The notes beneath the pieces are model-generated. The model was not told the origin of the DNA. It searched no databases and saw nothing but the letters and a program-made list of their open reading frames with translations. From Tubiluchus corallicola (taxonomy: Eukaryota; Animalia; Priapulida), in contig JAQGDQ010000927.1 in NCBI GenBank assembly GCA_030141605.1, positions 1 through 64,000 of the forward strand: DNA of 64,000 bases, given 5' to 3'. This document shows, piece after piece, positions 1 through 13,026 of this stretch; position 1 is the stretch's first letter; each line of letters starts with the position of its first letter. The position numbers were made by a program, and so were the translations under genes.

Positions 1-864
1 GATTATAAGTGTATTTATACGCAAAATTTTTTGCAGGTCCTTTGCTAGTAAAATTTTATTATAAATTATTATCGATGGTATAACAACAGCAAGGAATACT
101 GGCACATTACTGCCGCTGCATTTTGAGTCAATTAGGCTGATGACTCTATTAACTCCTTCAGGACCGTAAGCGTCTGCTGCATTTTGCATGGGTTCATGGA
201 AAACTGCTCTGACTAAGCAACAATTATGTTATATTTGATAATTTTTGTAGGTTTCTACTCCTCACACAATGGACTTTCAAGCAAAATTATTTATGAAGTG
301 CATTTTCTTACCTTAGACAAATCATTGATTTTTGGCAAAGAAATTGAAAAAAGCTTTCAGTAACTCCAGTGTTTGCACTGTAACACTTGTGTGAAATTGG
401 CTAATGCAGAAAATTTCAACTATTCAGACACAACATTCTTATACACATTGGCCTCAAGTCTACTCTATTTTTAAGGAGAAATTCCTCTTAAAATACGTAA
501 CGACCTTAATTTCTCCTTGGCTGATCGATTTGGTTTTTTTCTGGAACTCAGGTAAAGTAGGCGATCAATAAATTAGTGTGTACGATCATGCAAGTATACA
601 CCAGACTAAGCTAAGAAAACACTCATTTGCCTGACCTCACCTTTATGGATTTCGGAAAAATCGAACAAAATCTGGACCGTTAAAAAGCCCTGCATACTAC
701 GGACAGAGTCCGTTGTTTTCACGAGCTCACCGCTAGTTGGAGGGCCGTCACTTTGTTTACATCATTACATCAGTGTAACCAAGCAACGTGTAATGACAGT
801 ACGTATGTCAGCGTAATTAGGTGGTTTAATCAGAGTCAATTACAGAGCTAATTATAGATTCAAA

Positions 865-1030
865 AATATAGAGTCAATTGTGCGGAGTTATTTGAGTCAA
901 TTGCCGACAGTTTTAATATACTTTTGCACAGGGGCAGCTTGTACTAGATGTTCTTGAGACAATTACCATGAGTTTCCTACACAGCACCTACTGTATTAGC
1001 TTAGTATCAGTAAATACGGACAATTGGCAC
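865..1030 (+). mobile_element. Dispersed repeat fragment, reverse complement of 17812-17995
   Basis: gagtcaattgccgaca...tactagatgtt...ttagcttagtatcagtaaatacggaca matches the other copy in inverted orientation. Confidence 0.75.
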
Positions 1031-1129
1031 GTCTCCCTGCTTTTGTCTGACAGAACGAGATATGAGTGTAAATGGAACAGAAAATTCCATACAGTCATTA
1101 AATACAGAAAAGTGGCAAAGTGATTGTAC

Positions 1130-1200
1130 CTTTGGTTAATGTAAGAAACTGCTTGCTCAACACTTGTAACATTCACTATAATAATTATCGGCCCAAATAT
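1130..1200 (-). CDS. ALDH3: ALDH3 exon (IFGPIIIIVNVTSVEQAVSYINQ-R)
   Basis: ttattttcag acceptor, 71 nt, AG|gtacaa donor. Completes EEIFGP. Confidence 0.93.
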
Positions 1201-1276
1201 CTGAAAATAATAAAAAAATCCTACAAACGAAACTAAAGGTTAGACAAACTTTGTAAAGTATTTTGTACACAGTCAG

Positions 1277-1398
1277 AACTGTGTGGAATTACAAGATGTT
1301 ATTAGCACAGACACAAATGATCATTAATGTATAGTTCACAACTGTGTGGAATTACAAGATGTTATTAGCACAGACACAAATGATCATTAATGTATAGT
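1277..1398. repeat. 63-bp tandem duplication
   Basis: aactgtgtggaattacaagatg...gtatagt at 1277 and 1340. Confidence 0.9.
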
Positions 1399-1594
1399 AA
1401 GTCTCGTGTATAGTAACAGCTAATGTGTTCCATCAACATGTGACGTTAAGGGAAACGTGGTTAAACAAAAACAAACATAATTTTACTGTTTTACGTCCTT
1501 TTAAAACACAATAACAAAAAACGTCATATTTTAATGCTTCAAATTAGAAAAGAAAAAAATAATTCTGTGAGCAAAGCAAACAAATCATTAAACA

Positions 1595-4010
1595 GGGAGT
1601 CGTTAAGCAAGAGCTTACCGTATGATATCATTAAAACGACATGAATCAAGGGAGTCGTTAAGCAAGGGCTTACCGTATAATATCATTAAAACCACATGAA
1701 TCAAGGGAGTCGTTAAGCAAGGGCTTACCGTATAATATCATTAAAACCACATGAATCAAGGGAGTCGTTAAGCAAGGGCTTACCGTATAATATCATTAAA
1801 ACGACATGAATCAAGGGAGTCGTTAAGCAAGGGCTTACCGTATAATATCATTAAAACCACATGAATCAAGGGAGTCGTTAAGCAAGGGCTTACCGTATAA
1901 TATCATTAAAACGACATGAATCAAGGGAGTCGTTAAGCAAGGGCTTACCGTATAATATCATTAAAACGACATGAATCAAGGGAGTCGTTAAGCAAGCGCT
2001 TACCGTATAATATCATTAAAACAACATGAATCAAGGGAGTCGTTAAGCAAGGGCTTACCGTATAATATCATTAAAACGACATGAATCAAGGGAGTCGTTA
2101 AGCAAGGGCTTACCGTATAATATCATTAAAACGACATGAATCAAGGGAGTCGTTAAGCAAGGGCTTACCGTATAATATCATTAAAACCACATGAATCAAG
2201 GGAGTCGTTAAGCAAGGGCTTACCGTATAATATCATTAAAACGACATGAATCAAGGGAGTCGTTAAGCAAGGGCTTACCGTATAATATCATTAAAACGAC
2301 ATGAATCAAGGGAGTCGTTAAGCAAGCGCTTACCGTATAATATCATTAAAACGACATGAATCAAGGGAGTCGTTAAGCAAGCGCTTACCGTATAATATCA
2401 TTAAAACGACATGAATCAAGGGAGTCGTTAAGCAAGGGCTTACCGTATAATATCATTAAAACCACATGAATCAAGGGAGTCGTTAAGCAAGGGCTTACCG
2501 TATAATATCATTAAAACCACATGAATCAAGGGAGTCGTTAAGCAAGGTCTTACCGTATAATATCATTAAAACCACATGAATCAAGGGAGTCGTTAAGCAA
2601 GAGCTTACCGTATAATACCATTAAAACGACATGAATCAAGGGAGTCGTTAAGCAAGGGCTTACCGTATAATATCATTAAAACGACATGAATCAAGGGAGT
2701 CGTTAAGCAAGCGCTTACCGTATAATATCATTAAAATGACATGAATCAAGGGAGTCGTTAAGCAAGGGCTTACCGTATAATACCATTAAAACGACATGAA
2801 TCAAGGGAGTCGTTTAGCAAGGGCTTACCGTATAATATCATTAAAACAACATGAATCAAGGGAGTCGTTAAGCAAGGGCTTACCGTATAATATCATTAAA
2901 ACGACATGAATCAAGGGAGTCGTTAAGCAAGGGCTTACCGTATAATATCATTAAAACCACATGAATCAAGGGAGTCGTTAAGCAAGGCTTACCGTATAAT
3001 ATCATTAAAACGACATGAATCAAGGGAGTCGTTAAGCAGGGCTTACCGTATAATATCATTAAAACAACATGAATCAAGGGAGTCGTTAAGCAAGGGCTTA
3101 CCGTATAATATCATTAAACGACATGAATCAAGGGAGTCTTAACAAGCGCTTACCGTATAATATCATTAAAACAACATGAATCAAGGGAGTCGTTAAGCAA
3201 GGGCTTACCGTATAATATCATTAAAACGACATGAATCAAGGGAGTCGTTAAGCAAGGGCTTACCGTATAATATCATTAAAACGACATGAATCAAGGGAGT
3301 CGTTAAGCAAGGGCTTACCGTATAATATCATTAAAATGACATGAATCAAGGGAGTCGTTAAGCAAGCACTTACTGTATAATATCATTAAAACGACATGAA
3401 TCAAGGGAGTCGTTAAGCAAGCGCTTACCGTATAATATCATTAAAACGACATGAATCAAGGGAGTCATTAAGCAAGGGCTTACCGTATAATATCATTAAA
3501 ACCACATGAATCAAGGGAGTCGTTAAGCAAGCGCTTACCGTATAATATCATTAAAACCACATGAATCAAGGGAATCGTTAAGCAAGGGCTTACCGTATAA
3601 TATCATTAAAACGACATGAATCAAGGGAGTCGTTAAGCAAGGGCTTACCGTATAATATCATTAAAACGACATGAATCAAGGGAGTCGTTAAGCAAGGGCT
3701 TACCGTATAATATCATTAAAACGACATGAATCAAGGGAGTCGTTAAGCAAGGGCTTACCGTATAATATCATTAAAACGACATGAATCAAGGGAATCGTTA
3801 AGCAAGGGCTTACCGTATAATATCATTAAAACAACATGAATCAAGGGAGTCGTTAAGCAAGGGCTTACCGTATAATATCATTAAAACGACATGAATCAAG
3901 GGAGTCGTTAAGCAAGGGCTTACCGTATAATATCATTAAAACGACATGAATCAAGGGAGTCGTTAAGCAAGGGCTTACCATATAATATCATTAAAACAAC
4001 ATGAATCAAG
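1595..4010. repeat. 55-bp minisatellite, about 44 copies
   Basis: Unit gggagtcgttaagcaagggcttaccgtataatatcattaaaacgacatgaatcaa. Confidence 0.98.
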
Positions 4011-4019
4011 TTTTTTTAC

Positions 4020-4146
4020 CTCTTCACTCAGCGTGTCGCTGGCAGGATCTATGTCAGCCATTATCGTTGGAGAAATATAAAGAGAACCTTCGTCGACTTC
4101 TCCTCCGTGTAAAATAGTTCCACCTCCGAGGAGAGCCTTTAACCTC
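4020..4146 (-). CDS. ALDH3: ALDH3 exon (RLKALLGGGTILHGGEVDEGSLYISPTIMADIDPASDTLSEE)
   Basis: ttacag acceptor, 127 nt, GAG|gtaaaa donor. GG..D...YI.PTI motif. Confidence 0.94.
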
Positions 4147-4429
4147 CTGTAATGCAGTCTCATTAATACGTGGCACAAGACGGTATTGGATTATACGAAG
4201 TCTTTAGAAAAATCTTATTTGTTTACATGTTTCAGATATGCTCAATTTTTTAATCTTAAGCAGCTCTGCTAACCCCCCCCCCCCCCCGGTTTAACTTCTC
4301 ATGATGGAGAATTGACCACTTAATGCGCTGCATTCTCGTCCTGCCTAGGGCTGCGAGATTAGAAATTTAGAAATACTATACATATAAATTCATACATGCC
4401 TCCAGACCAATATATTATATAAAAGTAGA

Positions 4430-4670
4430 GACATAAGTTAGAAACATAAAGCGAGATATTTAATGGGCTATTGTTGTGTTTTGTTTCTCTCGGAAGGCTC
4501 GTAGAAAAAAGCAGAAAACATGTCGTCAAATTAAACTAGTTTATTATACAAGAATTCAACAACACAAAAGTATGAAGGAACGCGAAATGTTTACTGTAAA
4601 TGTGATAATCTGGAAACGTGAAAGCAAGAAAGCGTATCTGACAATCTGAGAATACAAGAGAATGTGAGAG
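4430..4670 (+). mobile_element. Dispersed repeat, inverted copy at about 20510-20750
   Basis: tgttgtgttttgtttctctcggaaggctcgtaga...aaattaaactagtttatta is reverse-complemented at 20625-20705. Confidence 0.75.
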
Positions 4671-4869
4671 AATAAACCCCAGCGGCCAGCTCCGCCTTAA
4701 ATTTACTATTTTGACTTTCAGTACAAGTTTATTTAATCCTAGAATCATTTTCCATTTCCTTGTTTATAAAATGATTCGATTAAAACCGGCACAATAAACC
4801 CCCGATTAAACGCAAACATTGCTTACGAATGTGAATGCCAAATAAAAAAAAAATCAATAAAAATCATAC

Positions 4870-4973
4870 TCAAAATGTCTAGTATTTATGATTCTGCAAT
4901 AGTCCGTTGAGTCCTTTGCACTTTCTCCATAAAACTCGGTTAAAGCTTTTTTCATTTCCTCCACCAGCTTATC
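4870..4973 (-). CDS. ALDH3: ALDH3 exon ([35 protein letters not shown])
   Basis: ctcttag acceptor, 104 nt, GA|gtatga donor. EFYG...DY.RIIN.RHF motif. Confidence 0.95.
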
Positions 4974-5106
4974 CTAAGAGAGATACAGCAGCATTTAGAA
5001 CAGAGTAGAATGAAACAGAATAGAATAAAATAACACAGAGTAGAACAGAATAGAATACAAAAGAACAGAATAGAATAGAGTAGACATTCACATGCTAATA
5101 ATGTTT

Positions 5107-5772
5107 TTAAAGGAAATCAGGATGATTTTTCAATTACTACCCCATTTTGAAGTCCAATAAAAAGTATACATTTTAATACAATTAATACTGGAATAGCGTT
5201 TCTATATTAACAATGTAGATCGCACAAAAGCAATCTATATTGTTAATCTATTGTTAAATAATGGATTAAAAACTTAATTAATGGCGTGCGAGCTCAACTA
5301 TTGATGACATCACAAACTAACATAATTTTCAACAGCAAAAATATTTCACGAGCATGTTGCCCGTGTCTACGAAAGTGAAAATTGAAGTACAGTACTGCTG
5401 TAAGATATTCAGTGTGTTGTACTAAAATTAGGCATGTTTTAAGATAAAAACCCAAATTTCAAATTTACCGCTGTGCTCACGCACGAGCTGTCGAACGTGT
5501 GCATTTCATCACAAACCAACACATCTGAGCTGAAAGGTACCGCCTCTGTTTTTTTATATAATGCGTTTGCGAAAGGCAGGCACTAGCGAGTGTATAACTA
5601 GTGAATGGTGAAATGTATGTAACAGTGAAGAACTAGTGGCACGAACATGAGATTGTATTTGTGTGGTAATAATTCTTTCGCGTAAGTCATTTTTGAAAAA
5701 AATAGTATGTTTCATTTCAGTATTTTAAAGAGTAGATTGTTTTGACCTACAGTTTAAGATTGGGTGCTTTAA
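5107..5772 (+). mobile_element. Kolobok-like non-autonomous DNA transposon, family A
   Basis: TTAA|AGG...GCT|TTAA ends. Homologous copies at about 36985, 53680, 54965, 61195 and 62403. An extra right-half copy follows at 5837-6062. Confidence 0.75.
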
Positions 5773-6618
5773 AGCACGAAAAATAGCCGGAGATTAAATG
5801 GAACCACCCACATGCAAGTTTCCCAGTTATTTGCTACACCTGATTTTTGTGCAATGCATTTTTGAAATGCAGGCACTAGTGCCCATCTAACTAGTGAATG
5901 ACGAAAAGCATGCAACAGTGAAGAACTAGTGGTGCGAACATCAAAAATTGTGTTCGTGTGGCAATAATTCTTTTATGTAAGTCATAGTATGTTTCCTTTC
6001 AATATTTTAAAGAGTAGACAGTTTTGACCTACAGTTTAAGCCTGGGTCCGGTTTTGGTTTAACTTACGTAAAATTACTTTGGTGAAGTTTTTGCAAAAAA
6101 GACACTGCAACAGTCTTAAAAATCTCACTATAAGCAGCTTTTTGATACCAGTGGCGAGTCGTAGTTAAAATTAATGAGGGCTGTGCTTTAGAAAATTTTT
6201 AGCCAATGTTTTAATAGTGTAAAAATGAAACAAACATATGAAAAGAAAATTTGGTCAAAAAAGAAACACTACGCTTGCATAACAGGATTGGCACAGCGTG
6301 AGTGACAGTACTTTCTCTACCTAGCATGCAGCTTCTTGTCTCAGACATGTGCGCATGGCCGCATTTGCACAACCGCCAAACACCACATTGCTGGAACTGT
6401 AAAGCGCACAGTTACGTCATGTGCTCTGCTTCCGCACAAGTATTTACAAGTATGTACAAGTATAAAGAAAGAATTAAAGAAAAAAGATTCATTATATTGA
6501 ATGTTATTGATAATGTCGATGCATGAAAATAGAGGGTGCTGCAGTTCCACAGTGCCTACATATAAACCGCCACAGTTTGATACATACTTTTCAGAGTTTT
6601 TACGAACAGCGTAAATAC

Positions 6619-6745
6619 CTGAACTGAACGGTGGATAAGAATATAATCTGGAGTGATACACGTCTGACCGCAGTTCACCCACTTGCCCCAAACTATTCGC
6701 CGTGCCGCGATAATCAAGTCGGAGTCGATATCAACATAAACAGGG
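6619..6745 (-). CDS. ALDH3: ALDH3 exon ([43 protein letters not shown])
   Basis: ttttttcag acceptor, 127 nt, CAG|gtattt donor. Catalytic Cys in NCGQTCI. Confidence 0.96.
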
Positions 6746-6869
6746 CTGAAAAAACAGAAAGGTATAAACCTTCCTACTGGTTCTCCTAATCAAGTCATTT
6801 TATTTTTACACATGTCAGCAATACTTGGTTTCAATACGTATTTATTAAGCGGAGTCAGAACGCGTACGT

Positions 6870-7286
6870 CAGGGGTGTGCAAATTATCTGACTAACAGGG
6901 CCACATTAAGCATTCCCGCAATTCCTGTGGTCAAGGAGTTTGGTCAAGCAGCCAAGTACAGTAGGACCTAATAACGATTTTTTTTGCATCCGATTTGCGC
7001 ACATCATTACTACTGCACTACTACACTCAAGAAACTATTTTAGAACTTATGAAAATTTATATTAAATATCATATATTTCTATTTTCACGACAAATAGTGA
7101 TAATTTCATTATGATGCATATTAGTAATATGTATCACACAGCCTGTGTAGCACAGTGCATATTAATCAGTCTTGACTCGCTGTTCTTCTTCAATCTTCCC
7201 CTTTTTCTTATCCATGATCGTGATCTATAAGAATACTACATCTGATGATCACAAGTGGCTCGCGGGCCGCAGTTTGCACACCCCTG
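6870..7286. mobile_element. hAT-like MITE
   Basis: 14-bp TIR CAGGGGTGTGCAAA/TTTGCACACCCCTG with a perfect 8-bp TSD GCGTACGT. Confidence 0.92.
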
Positions 7287-8033
7287 GCGTACGTATTTAG
7301 AGCATATTGAAATGTACAATGTGCAATCCTTGAAACAGAAAGCAAGGCAGCCTCTTTAGAGTTGTCTAGACAGCAAATTAAAGACAAAGCAGCCTGTTTA
7401 GAGTTGTCTAGACAGCAAATTAGAGAAACCAATTGCAAATAACAAACAAATCACAAAAAATACAAATAATGAATTGCAAGCAAATGAAAAAGATACAACA
7501 TTACACCAATAATAAACAAACACTTAAATTATGAGCTGAAGCTGAGAAGAAGCAAGGCTACTGCCCCGTCTAGACTGTTGAGCATCCTGGATCATATGTT
7601 GTATACGTTAGTGCCATGCAAAAGTGATACAGTAAATTACGTATAACTCGTTCTGTTATAACTCAAATTCTTGCACACTTTGAACAGATCTCGTGAAACG
7701 AATTTCCTCTTTCATTTTTCTCTTTACCAAACATCGCGTAACTCGAATTATCGTGTAACTCAAACTGAATTCCCGGTACAATTTATAACAATCTGAATGA
7801 AATTACCTCACATATCTCAAACAACCTCGCGCGTGCGAAATCTTGTGCGAAAGTGTGCACCACATTACGATTTCAACTGCTAGTTTCAGCAAAAATGCTA
7901 AGATTTCTTGTATTACCTTAGCAGAACACTGCACACAACATAGCTGAACATGATTTAATGTAGAACACAATATTATTATTACCGAATTCTATTAACCATG
8001 CTACTCAGACTACAAATAGAGGTGGATCAGTTT

Positions 8034-8366
8034 GACTAACACATTATTAATGCGAGTCTTCTTATCCTTTTAAAGACACTTAATAAACAGTTATTAGTAA
8101 AATAAACACAGAAGTTGCACCACACTTATAAATGATAACGTTGAGTGTCATTCACTCATGATACTAAAGAGTGATAGTCTAGACTGGGCTTTACACAATT
8201 CGACTAACACATTATTAATGCGAGTCTTCTTATCCTTTTAAAGACACTTAATAAACAGTTATTAGTAAAATAAACATAGAAGTTGCACCACACGTATGAA
8301 TGATAACGTTGAGTGTCATTCGCTCATGATACTAAAGAGTGATAGTCTAGACTGGACTTTACACAC
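8034..8366. repeat. 168-bp tandem duplication
   Basis: gactaacacattattaatgcgagtc... at 8034 and 8202. Confidence 0.92.
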
Positions 8367-8399
8367 TTTACACAGAAGTTGCCTGAAAACATAACTTAC

Positions 8400-8563
8400 T
8401 TCTTACCCCCTAATTCCAGCGTGACCGGGGTAAGATATTTCGCAGCAGCCGACATCACAATCCTGCCGACTTTACTATTCCCGGTATAAAAGATATGATC
8501 CCATTTTTCCTCCAATAATGTCCTTGTTTCCTCGATTCCGCCATTTATAATCCTGTAACAATC
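8400..8563 (-). CDS. ALDH3: ALDH3 exon ([54 protein letters not shown])
   Basis: ttcctttctag acceptor, 164 nt, AA|gtaagt donor. DHIFYTG and [11 protein letters not shown] motifs. Confidence 0.96.
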
Positions 8564-8990
8564 CTAGAAAGGAAGTAAACTATATTAAATAGAAAATCTC
8601 GACGTTACTATCTACACATCTAAAATCTCAATAATAACTATTGAAAAACTAGAAGTGCAGACCTCAGTCAAAAATGCACGGACATTCTACACAGTGTGTC
8701 AACTATTTTTTGCCACTTTAACGATGGCAATGAACTAATAGGTACAGCGTATTTACATAATCAAGCCAGCTTAAATGGAAGGACAGGACTAATTTCATAA
8801 TCGATAAAGCGCGAGCATTCTAGTAGTGTCACCGTTTTTGCTGCAGGCTTGTAGCGTAGTAATTAGCTTATCCTCGTTGCACAATACTGTGACATCACAA
8901 CAATGCATGGGTTGGTTAACTGTTCTTGACGACATCATTCATATAACTATTATTATAAGAAAATATCGCATACACATGACTTGCACGAGC

Positions 8991-9816
8991 AAGCAGTGCG
9001 GTTCAAATCGAGCATGTGCCAGTGAGAGCGTCCAATATGGTGGCATCCTCGTAACATACGCGTGTGAAAACATTTTTACAATTTACCATTAAGATGCTTC
9101 TAAGGCAACCAGATTAATTGAAACAATGTTGTAAATAGTACAATTTTATGTAAGCGGGATGTTACTAATTGCGTACACCAACTCAGAAAACATACAAGGT
9201 TTAATTAATTCGGATACGTAGAAAACTTGACCAAGTAGCGGTTAAATTGTTAGTGATGTTCTAAACGGTTACATCAGTTAGCGGTCGGCTAAATCTGTCA
9301 CAGCCCTAGATTAAAGCAAACAAACTTTCGCCAATCCAAGACGAGTTGTTTATCACCGCAGGGGCCCTGTTCCTGCACTGGACCTGGTCTCAAAGCCAAA
9401 CATTTCGTCAAATGCTTGAAGAGGTAGGAAAGAACAATATTTAGAAAAAGTGCAAGACAAAATCCTAGTAAGTGTAGAGTCGCATCTGAAAGGAATCTAA
9501 TATGGATGCTAATTGGTGTAATTAGACCACTAAGTGGTGTAACTGTTTAAACGCTAACCATTTAACCGTTACTTAGCCAAGTTTTCAACGCATCCGTATT
9601 AATGAAACCTCGTATCTTTTCTGTGTTGGTGTGTGCAGTTAGTAACATCCCACTTACATAAAATTGTACTATTTACAACACTGTTTCAATTAATCTGGTT
9701 GTATAAGAAGCATCTAAATGGTAAATTGCAAAAAGTTTTTCACTTGCGTATGTTACGAGGATGCAGCCATGTTGGTTATTCTTGCTGGTGCATGCTAGAT
9801 TTGAACCGCACTGCTT
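8991..9816. mobile_element. Foldback/MITE with about 285-bp terminal inverted repeats
   Basis: 8991-9277 is the diverged reverse complement of 9533-9816 (aagcagtgcggttcaaatc / gatttgaaccgcactgctt). Confidence 0.85.
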
Positions 9817-9958
9817 ACACATACAAAGAACAGTTAGTTAAAAAGCCTAGAGACTACAGAGCGTAGAGACTACTACGAATCTAAGATCGTGTTTGTTAAT
9901 CTGTATGACACAGAGCGTAAAGACTACTACACTATAATCAGCATAAACTCAATGTTAC

Positions 9959-10044
9959 CTCATCTAGATATTTTGGCAATAAACGGCTAAGTAGTTCACC
10001 ACTTGCGGGAGCAAATTCTGAAGGTTTTACTACGGCACAGTTAC
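9959..10044 (-). CDS. ALDH3: ALDH3 exon (G-NCAVVKPSEFAPASGELLSRLLPKYLDE)
   Basis: ttttactttgctag acceptor, 86 nt, GAG|gtaaca donor. GNCAVVKPSE motif. Confidence 0.95.
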
Positions 10045-10185
10045 CTAGCAAAGTAAAATAAAATGAAAAAGTAAGAATATAAATGAAAAAGTAAGTCTTT
10101 ATATATCATGTTTTTACAGAAGAAACAATGCGTAAAACAATGCTATGATACAATGTAACAAAATTGTTATAATTACTAGTATACA

Positions 10186-11019
10186 CAGAAAGTCCTCACT
10201 TAATGACTCCCCATTTAGCAACGTTTCATTTTAACGACAATTTCTTCACTTAACGACACACGTTTCACTTTAACAACAATTTTTTCACTTAACAACGCAC
10301 GTTTCATTTTAACGACACACGTTTCACTTTAACAACAATATTTTCACTTAACAACGCACGTTTCACTTTAACGACAATTTTTTCACTTAACGACGCACGT
10401 TTCATTTCAACGACAATTTTTTCACTTTGCTCACAGCCATGTTTATTTTATCAACAAAGTTTTTTACCTAATTTAAAACATTAAAACGGCATGTATTGCA
10501 TTATTCTGTTTTAAACACATCACTGTCCTAAACTGTGCAATTATTATAATGCATTTGCTTCCTGACTGACTACGTACTAAATTCTACCGACTCTAGCCCT
10601 TTGTATCAAGCGAGACGTATTTGCCAATTTATATGCTTCCACACACCCCTTTTTAAGCTTTATGCAAAGGAATTTTGTCTGCAACCTAGCTGTTGCTATA
10701 GCAACCAGGTTAGTACAACATGAAGTTGTTTCAAGGTCGCTTCATGCGGGTTTGGCTTTCACTACCTAGTGTTTAATCACTAACTGTCTACATTAAGGAA
10801 AGAGAACCACTAGCAAGTCTAGATAGACAGGTGGTCTCAAGCAAACAGAAAGAAATTAATCAGTAGAAATGCAAATAAAACCCATAAAATGTTTAATTTA
10901 TATGATTTCAGCACCATTGATTTTTGTCTCTGAAACGTATCTCAATTCTTTTACATTACTTTCTATGGAAGTCTTGGCTTCGTTTAACAACATTTTTCTC
11001 GCTAAGCAAGGACTTGCTG
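10186..11019. mobile_element. pogo/Tigger-like MITE with internal ~20-bp tandem subrepeats (10200-10430)
   Basis: Imperfect TIRs cagaaagtcctcacttaa / ctaagcaaggacttgctg followed by TA. Confidence 0.55.
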
Positions 11020-11495
11020 TACAACGCTAATCTGATTGGTGAAACAGTAGTGAACAACTAAAAGTTAGTAAGGTCAACTACCCTACCAAACAATATTATG
11101 TGAATCAGTAAAAAAAAAACATCCTCATCCATGTTGCTAATTTGTCTAATTAACGGGGATAATTAACCCACAACCACTGAACAGTTTAAACAATTTCTGT
11201 ATTTCAATTTCAAATGCTAGAGTATACTCCGCTTAATAAATCCACCTTAGTGCAAAGGTAATTGTCAATTTTTTTTCAACTCGATAGATTTATTTCGCAG
11301 TAAACATATACATTACGTGTGCATCGATAATCAGTTTTTGTTAATACAAAATTATGATACAATTCATGAATTCTGCGCTAGAGACCTAAGAAGCTAGCTT
11401 ATGCAAGGCCACTAGAAATACTTACGATAAAAATTACAATATATTTAATATATTACAATATATATGTACAATATTGCATTAACCAATTGCTAATG

Positions 11496-11611
11496 GTTAG
11501 TGTGAGTTACAGTGGGCATTAGTAGTATTTCATAATTACAATGTAAACTGATCGTTAGTGTGAGTTACAGTGGGCATTAGTAGTATTTCATAATTACAAT
11601 GTAAACTGATC
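11496..11611. repeat. 58-bp tandem duplication
   Basis: gttagtgtgagttacagtgggcattag...aaactgatc occurs twice. Confidence 0.9.
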
Positions 11612-11668
11612 ATCAGTACAGAGAAATGATAAATGCTTTAGCACATTCGCTAAGCATTTGCGGAAGAG

Positions 11669-12428
11669 GCAACACTTGTTTAGACTATATGGAGATGCAA
11701 CACTTGTTTAGACTATATGGAGGTGCAACACTTGTTTAGACTACATGGAGGTGCAACACTTGTTTAGACTATATGGAGGTGCAACACTTGTTTAGACTAT
11801 ATGGAGGTGCAACACTTGTTTAGACTATATGGAGGTGCAACACTTGTTTAGACTATATGGAGGTGCAACACTTGTTTAGACTATATGGAGGTGCAACACT
11901 TGTTTAGACTATATGGAGGTGCAACACTTGTTTAGACTATATGGAGGTGCAACACTTGTTTAGACTATATGGAGGTGCAACACTTGTTTAGACTATATGG
12001 AGGTGCAACACTTGTTTAGACTATATGGAGGTGCAACACTTGTTTAGACTATATGGAGGTGCAACACTTGTTTAGACTATATGGAGGTGCAACACTTGTT
12101 TAGACTATATGGAGGTGCAACACTTGTTTAGACTATATGGAGGTGCAACACTTGTTTAGACTATATGGAGGTGCAACACTTGTTTAGACTATATGGAGGT
12201 GCAACACTTGTTTAGACTATATGGAGGTGCAACACTTGTTTAGACTATATGGAGGTGCAACACTTGTTTAGACTATATGGAGGTGCAACACTTGTTTAGA
12301 CTATATGGAGGTGCAACACTTGTTTAGACTATATGGAGGTGCAACACTTGTTTAGACTATATGGAGGTGCAACACTTGTTTAGACTATATGGAGGTACAA
12401 CACTTGTTTAGACTATGTTTAGACTATA
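11669..12428. repeat. 28-bp minisatellite, about 27 near-identical copies
   Basis: Unit gcaacacttgtttagactatatggaggt. Confidence 0.98.
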
Positions 12429-13026
12429 TCTATGCAGATATATATATGGTGGGAAGTAATAAAAATATTATTATACTAGAGGGGAATTGGATTTATTAAG
12501 TAGCTGGATTTATAAACTGAAAAGACTTATCAAGTAGCAATTTCAATGTCATTATACAGCGCGTCTTGTTTATTTATAAAGCGAAGACCCTTAACACACT
12601 TAAACTCAACAGAAAAAGCTTTTTCAGTAAAACACAATAATTTATTAACATCCATATAAGAATTGTTCCTATAAGAATGCATTCCTAGCATTCAATTTCA
12701 ATTCAATTCAAAGGTTTTATTCATCTCTAATCTAATATTTATAGCGCAAATGCAACAAATTGTGCAAATTTGTAGATTCATTAATAGAAAAGTAAACGAT
12801 TTTTTTATCAATTCTCTTTATATAATTAATATTTTTAAATAAATGCACCAGAATTTAGGCATTACTTCATTCCAAGAAGCAATTAAGAGCCTTTGTTGTA
12901 CATACTAAGCTGATGATTGATAATTCTATACTAGTAAGACTACATCTGCCGGCTAATATATTCAGTTAATTGGATCAATATACTTCCAACCCAAAATGAG
13001 TCTATTAAGCTGCACCTGCAATAATA

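Noticed and set aside
149-700. piggyBac-like element starting TTAACTCCTTCAGGAC
   Set aside because: No matching right terminus found.
6341-6691. 116-aa minus ORF
   Set aside because: Overlaps the real ALDH3 exon in the wrong frame and runs into the intron.
11669-12428. CRISPR array (28-bp repeat)
   Set aside because: Head-to-tail repeats with no spacers.
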